Shown: positions 9,127 to 18,480 of the stretch, piece by piece
How positions within the stretch are numbered: position 1 is the stretch's first letter
Layout: every line of letters begins with the position of its first letter
From: an uncultured Methanoregulaceae archaeon
GTDB lineage: Archaea > Halobacteriota > Methanomicrobia > Methanomicrobiales > Methanospirillaceae
DNA: 64,000 bases
NCBI GenBank assembly: GCA_963701095.1
Contig: OY969564.1
Location: forward strand, 992,001 to 1,056,000
Direction of reading: 5' to 3'
Notes under the pieces: model-generated
The model's database searches: none
What the model was told of the DNA's origin: nothing
The model's input: the letters and a program-made list of their open reading frames with translations, nothing else
Program-made: the position numbers and the translations under genes

Positions 9127-10350
9127 ATGGCCTCACATTTTTTTCTTTTAAGGGATGCTCTCAGTCCGGAGCGGCTCGGCTGGATGGAAGAGCTATTGAA
9201 ATTCTATTTTCTAAAACTCAATCCGCAGAGCTTCCTTCATGCCTCGAAGGAACGCGACGCAGCGTTTATCTTCTTTTTAACCGGTGACGCCCTGTATAGT
9301 CTCCAGGACCCTTCAATGATCGAACTCTGGGAGAATTTTCTCTCCCTGCCGTCGATAAAAATAGTCTGTGACCAGGAAGAACTTGCTCTCCGGGGGATTG
9401 CAACCGAGCGGCTCAAGATGAAAAATCCCGAACTGGTCATTACCCATAACAGCCTTGCCCTGAACGGTAGACCCTCATTCTGGAAAGATGTCACGCGATA
9501 CGCCCGGCAGCATGACCAACCGATCCCCAGTACTATCGGATATCTTCACATGGCATCCCCGTATATGAACCGCTCATCAGGCATCCTGCCTGACTGTCTT
9601 GGTGCGGCGCTTGAATCACACGCCTCGTGTGATCTCTACTGTTACCTTGATGGTGTTCACATCTGTCATGATGGCCAGAACCCGGTAGATGCTGAAAATA
9701 TAGGCAATGATCTGGAAAACCTCGACACACGGGCTGGAAAACGCGGTCTTCATTTCCAGATATATGTAAGTGCCCGGTGTGCCGAAACCCGGGGATATTG
9801 TATCCGGGATCAGAATGAGGGCCTTGTACCAGTCTGTACCATCAGGCCGGTAAAACTCCGTGAATTAAAAGATATTGCCACGCAGTTCCGTAGTAATCAT
9901 ATCATTATCTCCGAGAATTGTGCATCGTTTTTCACAAAAAAAGAGAATGTAAAACAGTCGCTTGGCTTTGACGAGAGGGGACGGGGACCACCTATAACTA
10001 TCCTCGTTACCCGGCACCCATTAAGTGCAGAGTACGCTTCCGGCGCACTTGATTTTGCCATTGCATGTGCTTCGCGGGATATCCAGACAAGCGTCATTTT
10101 CATCGAAGACGGGGTTTATGCACTTTCCAAGGCGACCACTTCTAACAAGCTGCAGGAAACGATAGATGCTGCATCCGGAAGCAAAAATCTCCAGTTTTTT
10201 GTGTTTTCACCCTCTCTTTCGGCGAGAAATATCAGTAAAAATCCGAAATTAACCGGAGTGATACCTGTTTCTATTGCAGATCTCGGAAACCTTCTTTTCT
10301 TCATGCCAACCGGTGTAGTGGCATCCCATCAGCGAATATTCTTTTTTTAA
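9127..10350 (+). CDS. Three-domain DsrH/DsrE/DsrF (TusB/TusD/TusC)-like sulfur relay fusion protein
   Basis: Three DsrE-fold signatures: FLTGDALY...ELALRGI; SPY...YLDGVH...SARCAETRG; RHP...FIEDGVYAL...SLSARNI. Confidence 0.7.
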   Translation: MASHFFLLRDALSPERLGWMEELLKFYFLKLNPQSFLHASKERDAAFIFFLTGDALYSLQDPSMIELWENFLSLPSIKIVCDQEELALRGIATERLKMKNPELVITHNSLALNGRPSFWKDVTRYARQHDQPIPSTIGYLHMASPYMNRSSGILPDCLGAALESHASCDLYCYLDGVHICHDGQNPVDAENIGNDLENLDTRAGKRGLHFQIYVSARCAETRGYCIRDQNEGLVPVCTIRPVKLRELKDIATQFRSNHIIISENCASFFTKKENVKQSLGFDERGRGPPITILVTRHPLSAEYASGALDFAIACASRDIQTSVIFIEDGVYALSKATTSNKLQETIDAASGSKNLQFFVFSPSLSARNISKNPKLTGVIPVSIADLGNLLFFMPTGVVASHQRIFFF

Positions 10351-10364
10351 CCCGGAAAGAGACA

Positions 10365-11114
10365 CTATTCCTCTTCAGACGCACTCAGCGCGGCTCCAAT
10401 CGCCCCGACTATTTGCGGGTCAGGCGGTACAAAAACAGGTCTGCCCATCTCGTTTTCAAGGAGTATCCGCACGCAGTCGTTCAACGCCACACCGCCAGCA
10501 AAAAATATTTTTTCTGTTGGTGCAACCCGTTTCAGGAGACCTGCGGAACGGCTTACAATAGATTTGTGGATACCAAGTGCCACTTCATTCCGAAGTGCAC
10601 CTTGGGAAATGAGTGATACAACTTCAGATTCGGCAAAGACGGTACACATGCTGTTGATCTTTTCTGCCCTTGTGGCGGAAAGGGCAGCCGCCGAGAATTC
10701 TTCCAACGTGAAACCGAGCACGGTTGCCATGACCTCAAGGAAACGCCCGGTCCCCGCAGCACACCGGTCGTTCATTTCGAATTTGCATAAATCGCCTCTG
10801 CTATCCAGTGAAATTGCTTTTGTATCCTGTCCCCCGATGTCAAGAATTGATCCGCAGCTATCCGAGAAAAAACGGGCTCCGAGAACAAAGGCTGTTATCT
10901 CGGTTATCACCGGACACGAAAGATGACCTTTGATCAGGTGCCTCCCATATCCGGTAGCGGTGATACGATCAAATACCGTATCGGCCATTAGTTCCCGCGC
11001 CGTCCCAAGCGGGTCGTGAGATGTAACAATCTTGCGGGAAAGAATGAGCTCGCCGTTTTCTATAACGGCAAGCTTGATGGTACGTGAACCTATGTCAATT
11101 CCCGCGAATCTCAT
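10365..11114 (-). CDS. ASKHA ATP-dependent activator/reductase (HgdC/BadFG family; DCCP reductase-like)
   Basis: GIDIGS, ATGYGR, DIGGQDTK, MNDRCAAGTG, SMCTVFAESE; ATGA overlap with the upstream gene. Confidence 0.9.
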   Translation of the reverse strand: MRFAGIDIGSRTIKLAVIENGELILSRKIVTSHDPLGTARELMADTVFDRITATGYGRHLIKGHLSCPVITEITAFVLGARFFSDSCGSILDIGGQDTKAISLDSRGDLCKFEMNDRCAAGTGRFLEVMATVLGFTLEEFSAAALSATRAEKINSMCTVFAESEVVSLISQGALRNEVALGIHKSIVSRSAGLLKRVAPTEKIFFAGGVALNDCVRILLENEMGRPVFVPPDPQIVGAIGAALSASEEE

Positions 11115-12391
11115 TTTTTCTTCAGGCGCTCGCCAAATGCTTCAATTCTTGTCTTGAGCTGACCTGCATCTTCCATACCATAATCAGTTTCAAGACGTAA
11201 GGTCGGTATGCCAGACTTTTCCAGCTCTTTTTCTACCGGACCGCTTTCCATGATATACGGCTGGCAGAATTGCAGGCTGTAATGAATGACCCCCTTGGCG
11301 TGGAGACTTTTTGTCATCTCTTTTATGTATTCAAGCCGTGAGGGATTTGGCGTAAACACTGCGCAGTCAATATTGAAATACCGGTCAGTGATAGCATCAA
11401 GAAGTTCGTCAACCGTGTTACCTTTTACTTCGGTCAGCCACCGTGAACCCCGTTCTCCAACACATGACTCCTCACCAACAATCACACCATTGCTGGATTC
11501 AATAAGGAAAGGAAGTTTCCAGTTCGGGACGGCCATGGGGCATCCTGAAACAATAACACGTGTGGTCCCCTTTGGAAACACGCCATTGTGGTTTTTCACG
11601 CGGACTTCCAGCTCGTCACAGAGTTTGTTGACCGCATCCGTAAACCGGACCGGATCATCATGGAAAAAGACCTGGTTTACCAAGAGGGAATCAAGTCCTG
11701 AAATTGGTGCCGGATCTGCAGCTCGAATCGCAGCAAGTCTTTTTACAGCCCTTCGTTTCGCATTTACCAGTTCAACTGCCTTTTTCAATGACGCAGCGGT
11801 TATCTTCTTTCCGCTTACTTTTTCGAGCTTTTCGATAAATTTACGGTATTCTTCCTTGAGGACAGATTTAGCCATTTCAGATTTTGTCTGGGGAAGGTCC
11901 ATGATATAGAGGTCTTTTACCAGCGGGCCCATTATCTCATAAGCCTTTTTCTTACCGTCGCAGGTATTCTCTCCCACAATAACATCGCAGGACTCCAGAT
12001 AGGGGCATACCTTCCCGAGTTTAAAACCAAATGCGGATTTAATAAGCGAACAGGTGTTCCTGGGCAGGAGAGTTTCGGCGCCTTCAAAATTAAATTCTGC
12101 ACCGGCACACAATCCGACCGCAACCCCGTCTACGGCAAGAACCAGCTCTTCCGGGACAAAGACGCAGTATGAACCGATTATTACCCGGCCCTGTTCTTTG
12201 GCATCCATAAGCTCCTTGATACGGAGTCCATGAACTTCGCTCATTACAAAATCGAAATACTTCATTCCCTCAGGGCGGTTCTTTTGTGACAGGAAAATAT
12301 CCGTATAGGCTTTTCCAAGACCCGCGAGAAGTGCGTCATGGGTCTTGATATCAAGTCCCAGCGACTCCCACATTTTTGTGTAATCTGTCAT
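11111..12391 (-). CDS. Double-cubane-cluster protein-like (2-hydroxyacyl-CoA dehydratase HgdD fold)
   Basis: GSYCVFVPEE, GLCAG, PRNTCSLIKS, KVCPY, GENTCDGKKK, EESCVG, IDCAVFTPN, LQFCQPY; single gene paired with an activator; ATG at 12391. Confidence 0.8.
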   Translation of the reverse strand: MTDYTKMWESLGLDIKTHDALLAGLGKAYTDIFLSQKNRPEGMKYFDFVMSEVHGLRIKELMDAKEQGRVIIGSYCVFVPEELVLAVDGVAVGLCAGAEFNFEGAETLLPRNTCSLIKSAFGFKLGKVCPYLESCDVIVGENTCDGKKKAYEIMGPLVKDLYIMDLPQTKSEMAKSVLKEEYRKFIEKLEKVSGKKITAASLKKAVELVNAKRRAVKRLAAIRAADPAPISGLDSLLVNQVFFHDDPVRFTDAVNKLCDELEVRVKNHNGVFPKGTTRVIVSGCPMAVPNWKLPFLIESSNGVIVGEESCVGERGSRWLTEVKGNTVDELLDAITDRYFNIDCAVFTPNPSRLEYIKEMTKSLHAKGVIHYSLQFCQPYIMESGPVEKELEKSGIPTLRLETDYGMEDAGQLKTRIEAFGERLKKK

Positions 12392-12421
12392 GTTTTTGCG
12401 ACCTTCCTCTTTTTGCATTTA

Positions 12422-12946
12422 CTATGAGATTTTTCTGACCTCTGCTTTCAGCCTGATTGGATTCCGGATGGTGAACATGCCCATACAATGTCCCAGGGAA
12501 TACTCTTTCAGGTCCTCTACCTGTGCATCGGTCAGGTCTCCTTTAATGTCCAGAATGACCCGGAACTCGTTGACAAGGGGTGCCTTCCCGAGGTCAAACT
12601 GGGCTGTGTAATCGAGATCTGCCTCGACCCGGGTCTTGACAGAAGTGAGCCGGATGTTTCTCAGGGAAGCTTCAGTGACAAAGGTGCTTGAGTAACAGGC
12701 AGCAAACCAGAAGAGTCCGAATGCCATTGGCCCGGGCCGTACACCGGGGCCGGCGAAGTTCGGGTGGCTTGCTTCCATGGTATAGGTACCATCCTTTACC
12801 TTTACAACCGAACGGAACTGGGGTCCACCTTCTTCAAAGAGCCAGTCTCCTTCGATCTTAGCCGTGAACTTTGCATCTCCCGGCTTTTTCTGGATCTCTT
12901 TTTTATAATCGACAACCTGCTTCGTATCAATGTTATTCAGACCCAT
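12422..12946 (-). CDS. OsmC/Ohr family protein
   Basis: HPNFAGPGVRPGPM...AAC and GHCMGMFTIRNP two-Cys pattern. Confidence 0.75.
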   Translation of the reverse strand: MGLNNIDTKQVVDYKKEIQKKPGDAKFTAKIEGDWLFEEGGPQFRSVVKVKDGTYTMEASHPNFAGPGVRPGPMAFGLFWFAACYSSTFVTEASLRNIRLTSVKTRVEADLDYTAQFDLGKAPLVNEFRVILDIKGDLTDAQVEDLKEYSLGHCMGMFTIRNPIRLKAEVRKIS

Positions 12947-13029
12947 TGGTTAACACCCAAGGAATGTTTGCTAATATAGGTAAAAAAAGTTGTGTTAATA
13001 ACTGTTTAATAAATTTTAAATGTGTTTAA

Positions 13030-13416
13030 CTACTTCATTGCGCTCTTCCAGATACCGATTGCATTTCCCTCTGTATCCCGGATGATTGCAATTTCACCAA
13101 TAGTCTTAATTTCTCTTTTGGGGACTTCGATCTTACCGCCCAGTTTTTCTACGTTTGCGAGAACCTTGTCAATATTATCGACAAGGACGTAATTTATGAT
13201 GTTCTCCGACATCTGGCGCTTATACATACCTCCCCAGCTCATGGTTCCTTTCTCTTCGTTTCCGGTGATCACGTCCTGGTACTCCATCGATTGCTTCATT
13301 GCCGGATCCATCGGCGTTTTTGTCGGCACAATCTTCCATCCGAGTAGTGCATGATAGAATTTTTTTGCGCGATCGACATCCTCTGCAGGAATCTCAAAAT
13401 ATCCGATATTTGACAT
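13030..13416 (-). CDS. VOC (glyoxalase/bleomycin resistance) family protein
   Basis: YFEIPAEDVDRAKKFY...LGGKI...DTEGNAIGIW. Confidence 0.9.
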   Translation of the reverse strand: MSNIGYFEIPAEDVDRAKKFYHALLGWKIVPTKTPMDPAMKQSMEYQDVITGNEEKGTMSWGGMYKRQMSENIINYVLVDNIDKVLANVEKLGGKIEVPKREIKTIGEIAIIRDTEGNAIGIWKSAMK

Positions 13417-13519
13417 GGCATGTGGATAGGATCAGGAGGTTATGTATATTCCCGCATTTCTCAAAACAAGTTTCAAAAGATGAAAGAGGAAAAAGGAAGA
13501 TTGCCTTGGTTATGATACC

Positions 13520-14296
13520 TTACGTTTCTTCATTAAAATCCGGGGAGGGATCCTTATACTGGTTCTTGTGCCGCTTTTGGGCCTCTTTTTCCCGGTCGAG
13601 CGCGTCAGGATCGACGTGCCATTCTGTCCTGCGGAGGAGACCGTGGATGGTGCTGGCTTCCCGGGTAGTAAGGCCTGCCCTGCCGAGAATGCGACGGATC
13701 ATGATCATGGTATTTTCCCGTTTGAACGCTGGATGGTGCACGGAATCCAGGAACCGGTCGATGTGCTGGTAGAGATGGCCGAGTTCGTAGGGAGAGGCAA
13801 GCCGGTACTGTGCGGACGGAAGGTTTGCCAGTTCATAGCAGACAATACCAACCGCATGGGAGAGGTTCATAATGGGGTACTCCGGGGCAGTCGGGATCGT
13901 GCAGATCATATCACTGCGTTTTACTTCCTCGTTATTGAGCCCCCAGTTTTCTCGGCCAAAGAGGATAGATACCCGGCCATCTGCGGTTCCGATACGTTCC
14001 CGCAATTCTCGGGGCGAATAAAATGGCATCCTCATGGGAGTGCAGACCGATTTGCTCACCTGGCCGGTTGTGGCTACCACGATACTGCTCCGGGAAAAAA
14101 CATCCTCCATGGTGCAGATCTTTGCATTTTTTAAAACATCCTGTGCATGGGAGGCTCTTCCTTTCGCTTCCTCACCCATTGTGCAGGGATCTACAAGCAC
14201 TAACCGGGTAAACCCGAAATTCTTCATCACCCGTGCGGCAAACCCCACGTTCCCTTCATAGAGGGGGGCCACGAGCACGATGTCGATTTCAGGCAT
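13520..14296 (-). CDS. trmJ: SPOUT tRNA 2'-O-methyltransferase, TrmJ family
   Basis: NVGFAARVMKNFG, LFGRENWGL, YPIMNLSHAV. Confidence 0.85.
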   Translation of the reverse strand: MPEIDIVLVAPLYEGNVGFAARVMKNFGFTRLVLVDPCTMGEEAKGRASHAQDVLKNAKICTMEDVFSRSSIVVATTGQVSKSVCTPMRMPFYSPRELRERIGTADGRVSILFGRENWGLNNEEVKRSDMICTIPTAPEYPIMNLSHAVGIVCYELANLPSAQYRLASPYELGHLYQHIDRFLDSVHHPAFKRENTMIMIRRILGRAGLTTREASTIHGLLRRTEWHVDPDALDREKEAQKRHKNQYKDPSPDFNEET

Positions 14297-14304
14297 AAAA
14301 AAAG

Positions 14305-14991
14305 TTACTGGACCGCGTCCACCGTGTCTTTAAGGACGGAGGCTCCCTGATCATACACTGCGTTTCCTACGACAATCGTATCCGCATACTTCCCCATTTC
14401 AGATGCCTTCTGTGCAGAATTGATCCCACCGCCATAATAGAGGATCGCTTCGTCGATTGCTTCAGCTGCTGCTTTTACCACAGCGGGATCGCCGTATGTC
14501 CCTGAATATTCGATATAAACGATCGGGAAATGGAAGTACCGGTCGGCGACCGCAGTATATGCGGCGACTTCTTCTGGTTTAAGATCGCAGATGGCCTTTG
14601 TTACCCGGCCTACCGAAGAGTTGGGGTTAAGGACGATATATGCTTCAGGAACTACCTTGTCCCACGGAATGTTCCCGTCCTGCTGCTGGACCCAGTACCG
14701 GTGTTTGCCAACAATCCATTGCACATCAGTCGTGTTCAACACACTTGGCACAAAGACGTACTCAATCCCGTCGAGAAGCACAGCTTCTGGGCCCGCCGGC
14801 TCCATCACGAGGGGAAGATCATACCGGGCTATCTGCTTCTGGAGGGAAAGCAGGTTCTCTTTTGTCACATTCAGCGTTCCCGACAACATGAGCGCATCAG
14901 TTCCGCTGGTAGCAATTGCATCGATGTCCCCGGGTTTGAGTTGTTTGTCAGGATCGAGTTTGGTCACGTGAACCCAGTCTTTCCATTTCAT
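14305..14991 (-). CDS. Geranylgeranylglyceryl phosphate synthase (group I, PcrB-like)
   Basis: HVTKLDPDK, EAYIVLNP, YIEYSG, YGGGI, VVGN; ATG at 14991 (MKWKDW). Confidence 0.85.
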   Translation of the reverse strand: MKWKDWVHVTKLDPDKQLKPGDIDAIATSGTDALMLSGTLNVTKENLLSLQKQIARYDLPLVMEPAGPEAVLLDGIEYVFVPSVLNTTDVQWIVGKHRYWVQQQDGNIPWDKVVPEAYIVLNPNSSVGRVTKAICDLKPEEVAAYTAVADRYFHFPIVYIEYSGTYGDPAVVKAAAEAIDEAILYYGGGINSAQKASEMGKYADTIVVGNAVYDQGASVLKDTVDAVQ

Positions 14992-15095
14992 AGCAGTATC
15001 AGCATCATGTATGTTGTTTATCAAAATAAACTCTGACGCCTTCTTGAAAAGGATTTCAGGATTCATTCCTGTCCTGGTATCTGCGATAGTATTAT

Positions 15096-16017
15096 CTATT
15101 CCAGTCCTATCGGAAGGATATCGTCAATACTATTCACAAAAGTGACATTTATGCCAATATTGTTTTCAATATAATCTTTTGCAGAAATCTGTTCCGGTAC
15201 CTGCTGGATCAGCTGAAAACCGCCATAATTTGTTACCGTCTCGTTGTAATTGGTAAAAACGGCATTTTCTTCAGGGAGGAGGAATAAGGTTTTTCCGCTC
15301 TCTTTTGCAGCAGTCGCTTTTTCGATTACACCGCCGATTGCGCCCACATGTCCGTCTGTATCAATGGTCCCCGTCAGGGTGATATGCGGATTAATCGTCC
15401 GGTTTTCTATGGCAGCAATAGTTGCAAGGGTCATCAATGCACCGGCACTCGGCCCGTCCACAGAAGAAATCTGGTTTTCTGCCTGAATGGAAAAGATAAC
15501 ATCACTGCCGGAAAGATTAATCCCAGTCCTGTTCTCGGCAACTGCCACAGCAGTATTTGCGGCGTCCTGGAACACAACACCCATCAGTGGCGTCGTCTGG
15601 ACCAGCACTCTTCCTTCTCCTGGCTGAATCTCAACGGAGAGATTCATCATCGTGCCATTGGATACAATGTTCTGAGTAACAAATCCCCCATTATTGACAT
15701 TAACTACATTCTGGGAGACTGCCGGTGCCTGTATCGTTGCATATCCCGTTAAAGTAAGCGATGGACCTGAAGAGTTAAGGCCGGAAGTGGGGAATCGTGT
15801 GCGATAAAACGAGAGTTGGGATGAAGAGCCCAAAAAGTCTGGTATTTGCCTGATCCAGCTGACGGTGCAGCTGCATGTTCTCCGTTGTGAGCGAATTCGT
15901 TTTTTCGACGAGATTCGAGATGATTCCCTGCTGCTGTGGCACATAGATTGCGAAAGTGACTATGTTTGCCGCAACTGAGACAACGAGCAAGGCTGCAAGA
16001 ACGTGGATTGTCTTCAT
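15096..16017 (-). CDS. Membrane-anchored Lon-like S16 serine protease without ATPase domain (frameshift near 15832-15836)
   Basis: N-terminal TM + coiled coil in ORF 15775-16017; DGPSAG and GGVIEK Ser-Lys dyad in ORF 15096-15944; removing one base from A5 joins them. Confidence 0.8.
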
Positions 16018-16285
16018 AGCATATCCTGCCGGTCAATTTTTTCATGTTTTGTAAATTTTCGATGGGAATAAAGATTACGTTTGAGGAAATTTTCTGGCAT
16101 ATGCGTGCTGAAATTTTAATCCTCTACTATTATCCTCAAAATCCCGCAATTTTGGAAAAAAGTATCTGAAAAAAAACAAATCGGGTATCATACTAGGTTT
16201 TATCGTGTCCTGTGTGTAGTTCACCATAATTATCCGGAATTCAAGAGTCCGCTCTTGTTACCGGAGACACAACGGAGATACAAAA

Positions 16286-16723
16286 ATGTCGACCGTAGAA
16301 GAAAATAAGCGCCTCATGCAGACGCTGGATGATGCCTGGAACTCCCAGGACTGGGTAACATTCGAGAAACGCCACGCGAAAGATGTTGATGTCTTCTGGC
16401 CGGGCCAGGAAAAACCGACTCACGGCAGGCCATCCCATAAGGATGAGGCCATCGCATTCTTCAAAATATTCCCTGACAACAAAGTCGGGAACCGTCCCTA
16501 TAAGACCCTGTTCGGGGAGGGGGACTGGACGTGTTCGGTCGCCGATTTCACCGGAACGTTCAAGGGCCCGATGAACACTCCCGATGGCAAAGAGATACCG
16601 CCCAACGGGAAGAAGTTTAAGGTAGAGTTCTGCACGGTCGCCCACTGGAAGAACGGGGAGATCATCGAGGAGAAGCTCTTCTATGACAAGATCTCCCTGA
16701 TGCAGCAGATCGGCCTGATGTAA
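16286..16723 (+). CDS. SnoaL-like / ester cyclase (NTF2 fold) protein
   Basis: AWNSQDW, GEGDW, FTGTFKGP, IPPNGK, WKNGEIIEE. Confidence 0.85.
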   Translation: MSTVEENKRLMQTLDDAWNSQDWVTFEKRHAKDVDVFWPGQEKPTHGRPSHKDEAIAFFKIFPDNKVGNRPYKTLFGEGDWTCSVADFTGTFKGPMNTPDGKEIPPNGKKFKVEFCTVAHWKNGEIIEEKLFYDKISLMQQIGLM

Positions 16724-16725
16724 GA

Positions 16726-17163
16726 ATGGGTATAAAGGACGTTGAGCGTATGAGTTTTGTCAGAGTTGCTACGGTAAGCGAAATTCCTGCGGGAACCATG
16801 AAACACGTTGAAGTAGGGGGAAAAGAAATCTGCATCGCAAATGTAAGTGGGAAATTTTATGCGATCAACGACCGGTGTGGTCATGAGAACGCCCGGCTCT
16901 CCCGGGGATCCCTCATAAATACCATCGTAACCTGCCCCATGCATTCTTCACAGTTTGACATAACTACCGGGAAACTGATGTCGGGGCCGGTTCTTGAACT
17001 CGCCGGGATAAAAGAGATGTTTACCGGCTGTCCCGAAAAAGTGAAAAAAGCAGTGGAGCAAATGTATGAGGGGATTTTCGAGGAGCAACGCCTGATCAAA
17101 ACGTACGATCAGTTAGTTTACGACGTGAAAATGGATGGCAGCGACGTGCTTGTCCAGATTTAA
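16726..17163 (+). CDS. Rieske [2Fe-2S] ferredoxin with insertion
   Basis: RCGH and TCPMHSSQFDITTG Rieske ligands. Confidence 0.85.
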   Translation: MGIKDVERMSFVRVATVSEIPAGTMKHVEVGGKEICIANVSGKFYAINDRCGHENARLSRGSLINTIVTCPMHSSQFDITTGKLMSGPVLELAGIKEMFTGCPEKVKKAVEQMYEGIFEEQRLIKTYDQLVYDVKMDGSDVLVQI

Positions 17164-17234
17164 ATAGTTGTGGTCGTTATTACGCATTCACCTAATAAAA
17201 TATATGTCTTAAGAAAATACAAAGTCCAGATTAT

Positions 17235-17654
17235 ATGACAAGAGAACCGTTGATGCCAGATAGCCGTGTGAATGCTTTTTGTGGTGAATGCGGTGGTAAA
17301 ATAGTACCCCATAAACAGGGTTCATCAGAAAAAGGGAGAAGGATATGCCCGTTTTGCGGAGGGTTTATTCACGATTCTTGTGCATCAGTGCATAACGCGA
17401 AACATAAAGATGAATTGGGGAGTTCCTTATACAGTCGTTATCTCAAGAATATCGAGAAGGAGGGGATATCTGAAAAAGATGTATGCTGCGTTGAATGTGG
17501 GGATAAATTACTCAAACATACGGCATCATCCAACACACGTCTTATCGATAATCTGACAAATGAGATCGTGTGCACATGCGAGTATTGTGGCGGATACCTG
17601 CATGATTATTGTAAAGATCTTCATTATGCACATCACGAAAAACCATGTAAATAA
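17235..17654 (+). CDS. Cys/His-rich protein with two tandem zinc-finger repeats
   Basis: Two copies of CxxC-x(18/26)-CxxCGGxxHDxCxxxHxAxH; T-run after the stop. Confidence 0.7.
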   Translation: MTREPLMPDSRVNAFCGECGGKIVPHKQGSSEKGRRICPFCGGFIHDSCASVHNAKHKDELGSSLYSRYLKNIEKEGISEKDVCCVECGDKLLKHTASSNTRLIDNLTNEIVCTCEYCGGYLHDYCKDLHYAHHEKPCK

Positions 17655-17761
17655 AATCCTTTTTTTTCGGTTCTTAGTGTGATGACGTGACTAAAAAGAA
17701 AATAATTTCGTCGTAATTAATACGAACCCGGTATTTAAAGAGTCGGACAACACACCAGAAC

Positions 17762-18415
17762 TTATTTACCCTTCATTTTATCGGTTTGATCATTCTTTTT
17801 TCGGAAAAATCCTACAACAATGGATCCAACAATAAGAATTGTGATCCCAAGAACAGCCAGGCTGATATAATTGAAGTGCTCCTGGACGATTGGCAGACTT
17901 CCCACGAAATATCCGGCGAGTATAAAAGTACAACTCCACAGGACGGCGCCCACGACGTTATAGGTAATGAACCATCGGTAGTTCATCCTGCCGACACCGG
18001 CAAGGAACGGTGCAACGGTCCGGATATAGGGAATGAAGCGTGCGATAATAATAGTAAGACCGCCATACCGGGAAAAAAATGCCTCGGTTTTGTCCAGGTT
18101 ACTTTTTTTCACATGCTTTTCGAGTACGCCCATCCCTTTGGTTTTTGCGATCAGGTAGTTAGCTGAATCCCCGAGCACCGCTGCTGCCCAAATTGTGATG
18201 ATCAGGATACCTACATTCAGGTCACCTGAGCTCGCAAACGCCCCTGCAATAAAGAGAAGCGAATCCCCGGGAAGAAAGGGGAATACTACAAAGCCTGTTT
18301 CGGAAAAGATGAGCACAAACAGGATCAGGTACGTCCAGAATCCATATGTCTGAATAATTCCCGGAAGGTACTTATCGATATGAATAATGAAATAAAAAAG
18401 CGTGGAGAGATCCAT
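17762..18415 (-). CDS. DedA/VTT family membrane protein
   Basis: FSETG, PFLPGDSLLF, LGDSANY, ARFIPYIRT; ATG at 18415. Confidence 0.9.
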   Translation of the reverse strand: MDLSTLFYFIIHIDKYLPGIIQTYGFWTYLILFVLIFSETGFVVFPFLPGDSLLFIAGAFASSGDLNVGILIITIWAAAVLGDSANYLIAKTKGMGVLEKHVKKSNLDKTEAFFSRYGGLTIIIARFIPYIRTVAPFLAGVGRMNYRWFITYNVVGAVLWSCTFILAGYFVGSLPIVQEHFNYISLAVLGITILIVGSIVVGFFRKKNDQTDKMKGK

Positions 18416-18480
18416 GGATGGGAACGATATTCTTCCCTGATAATTATAATTGTATCGCAGTTTTTCCAACCGTCATCTGT

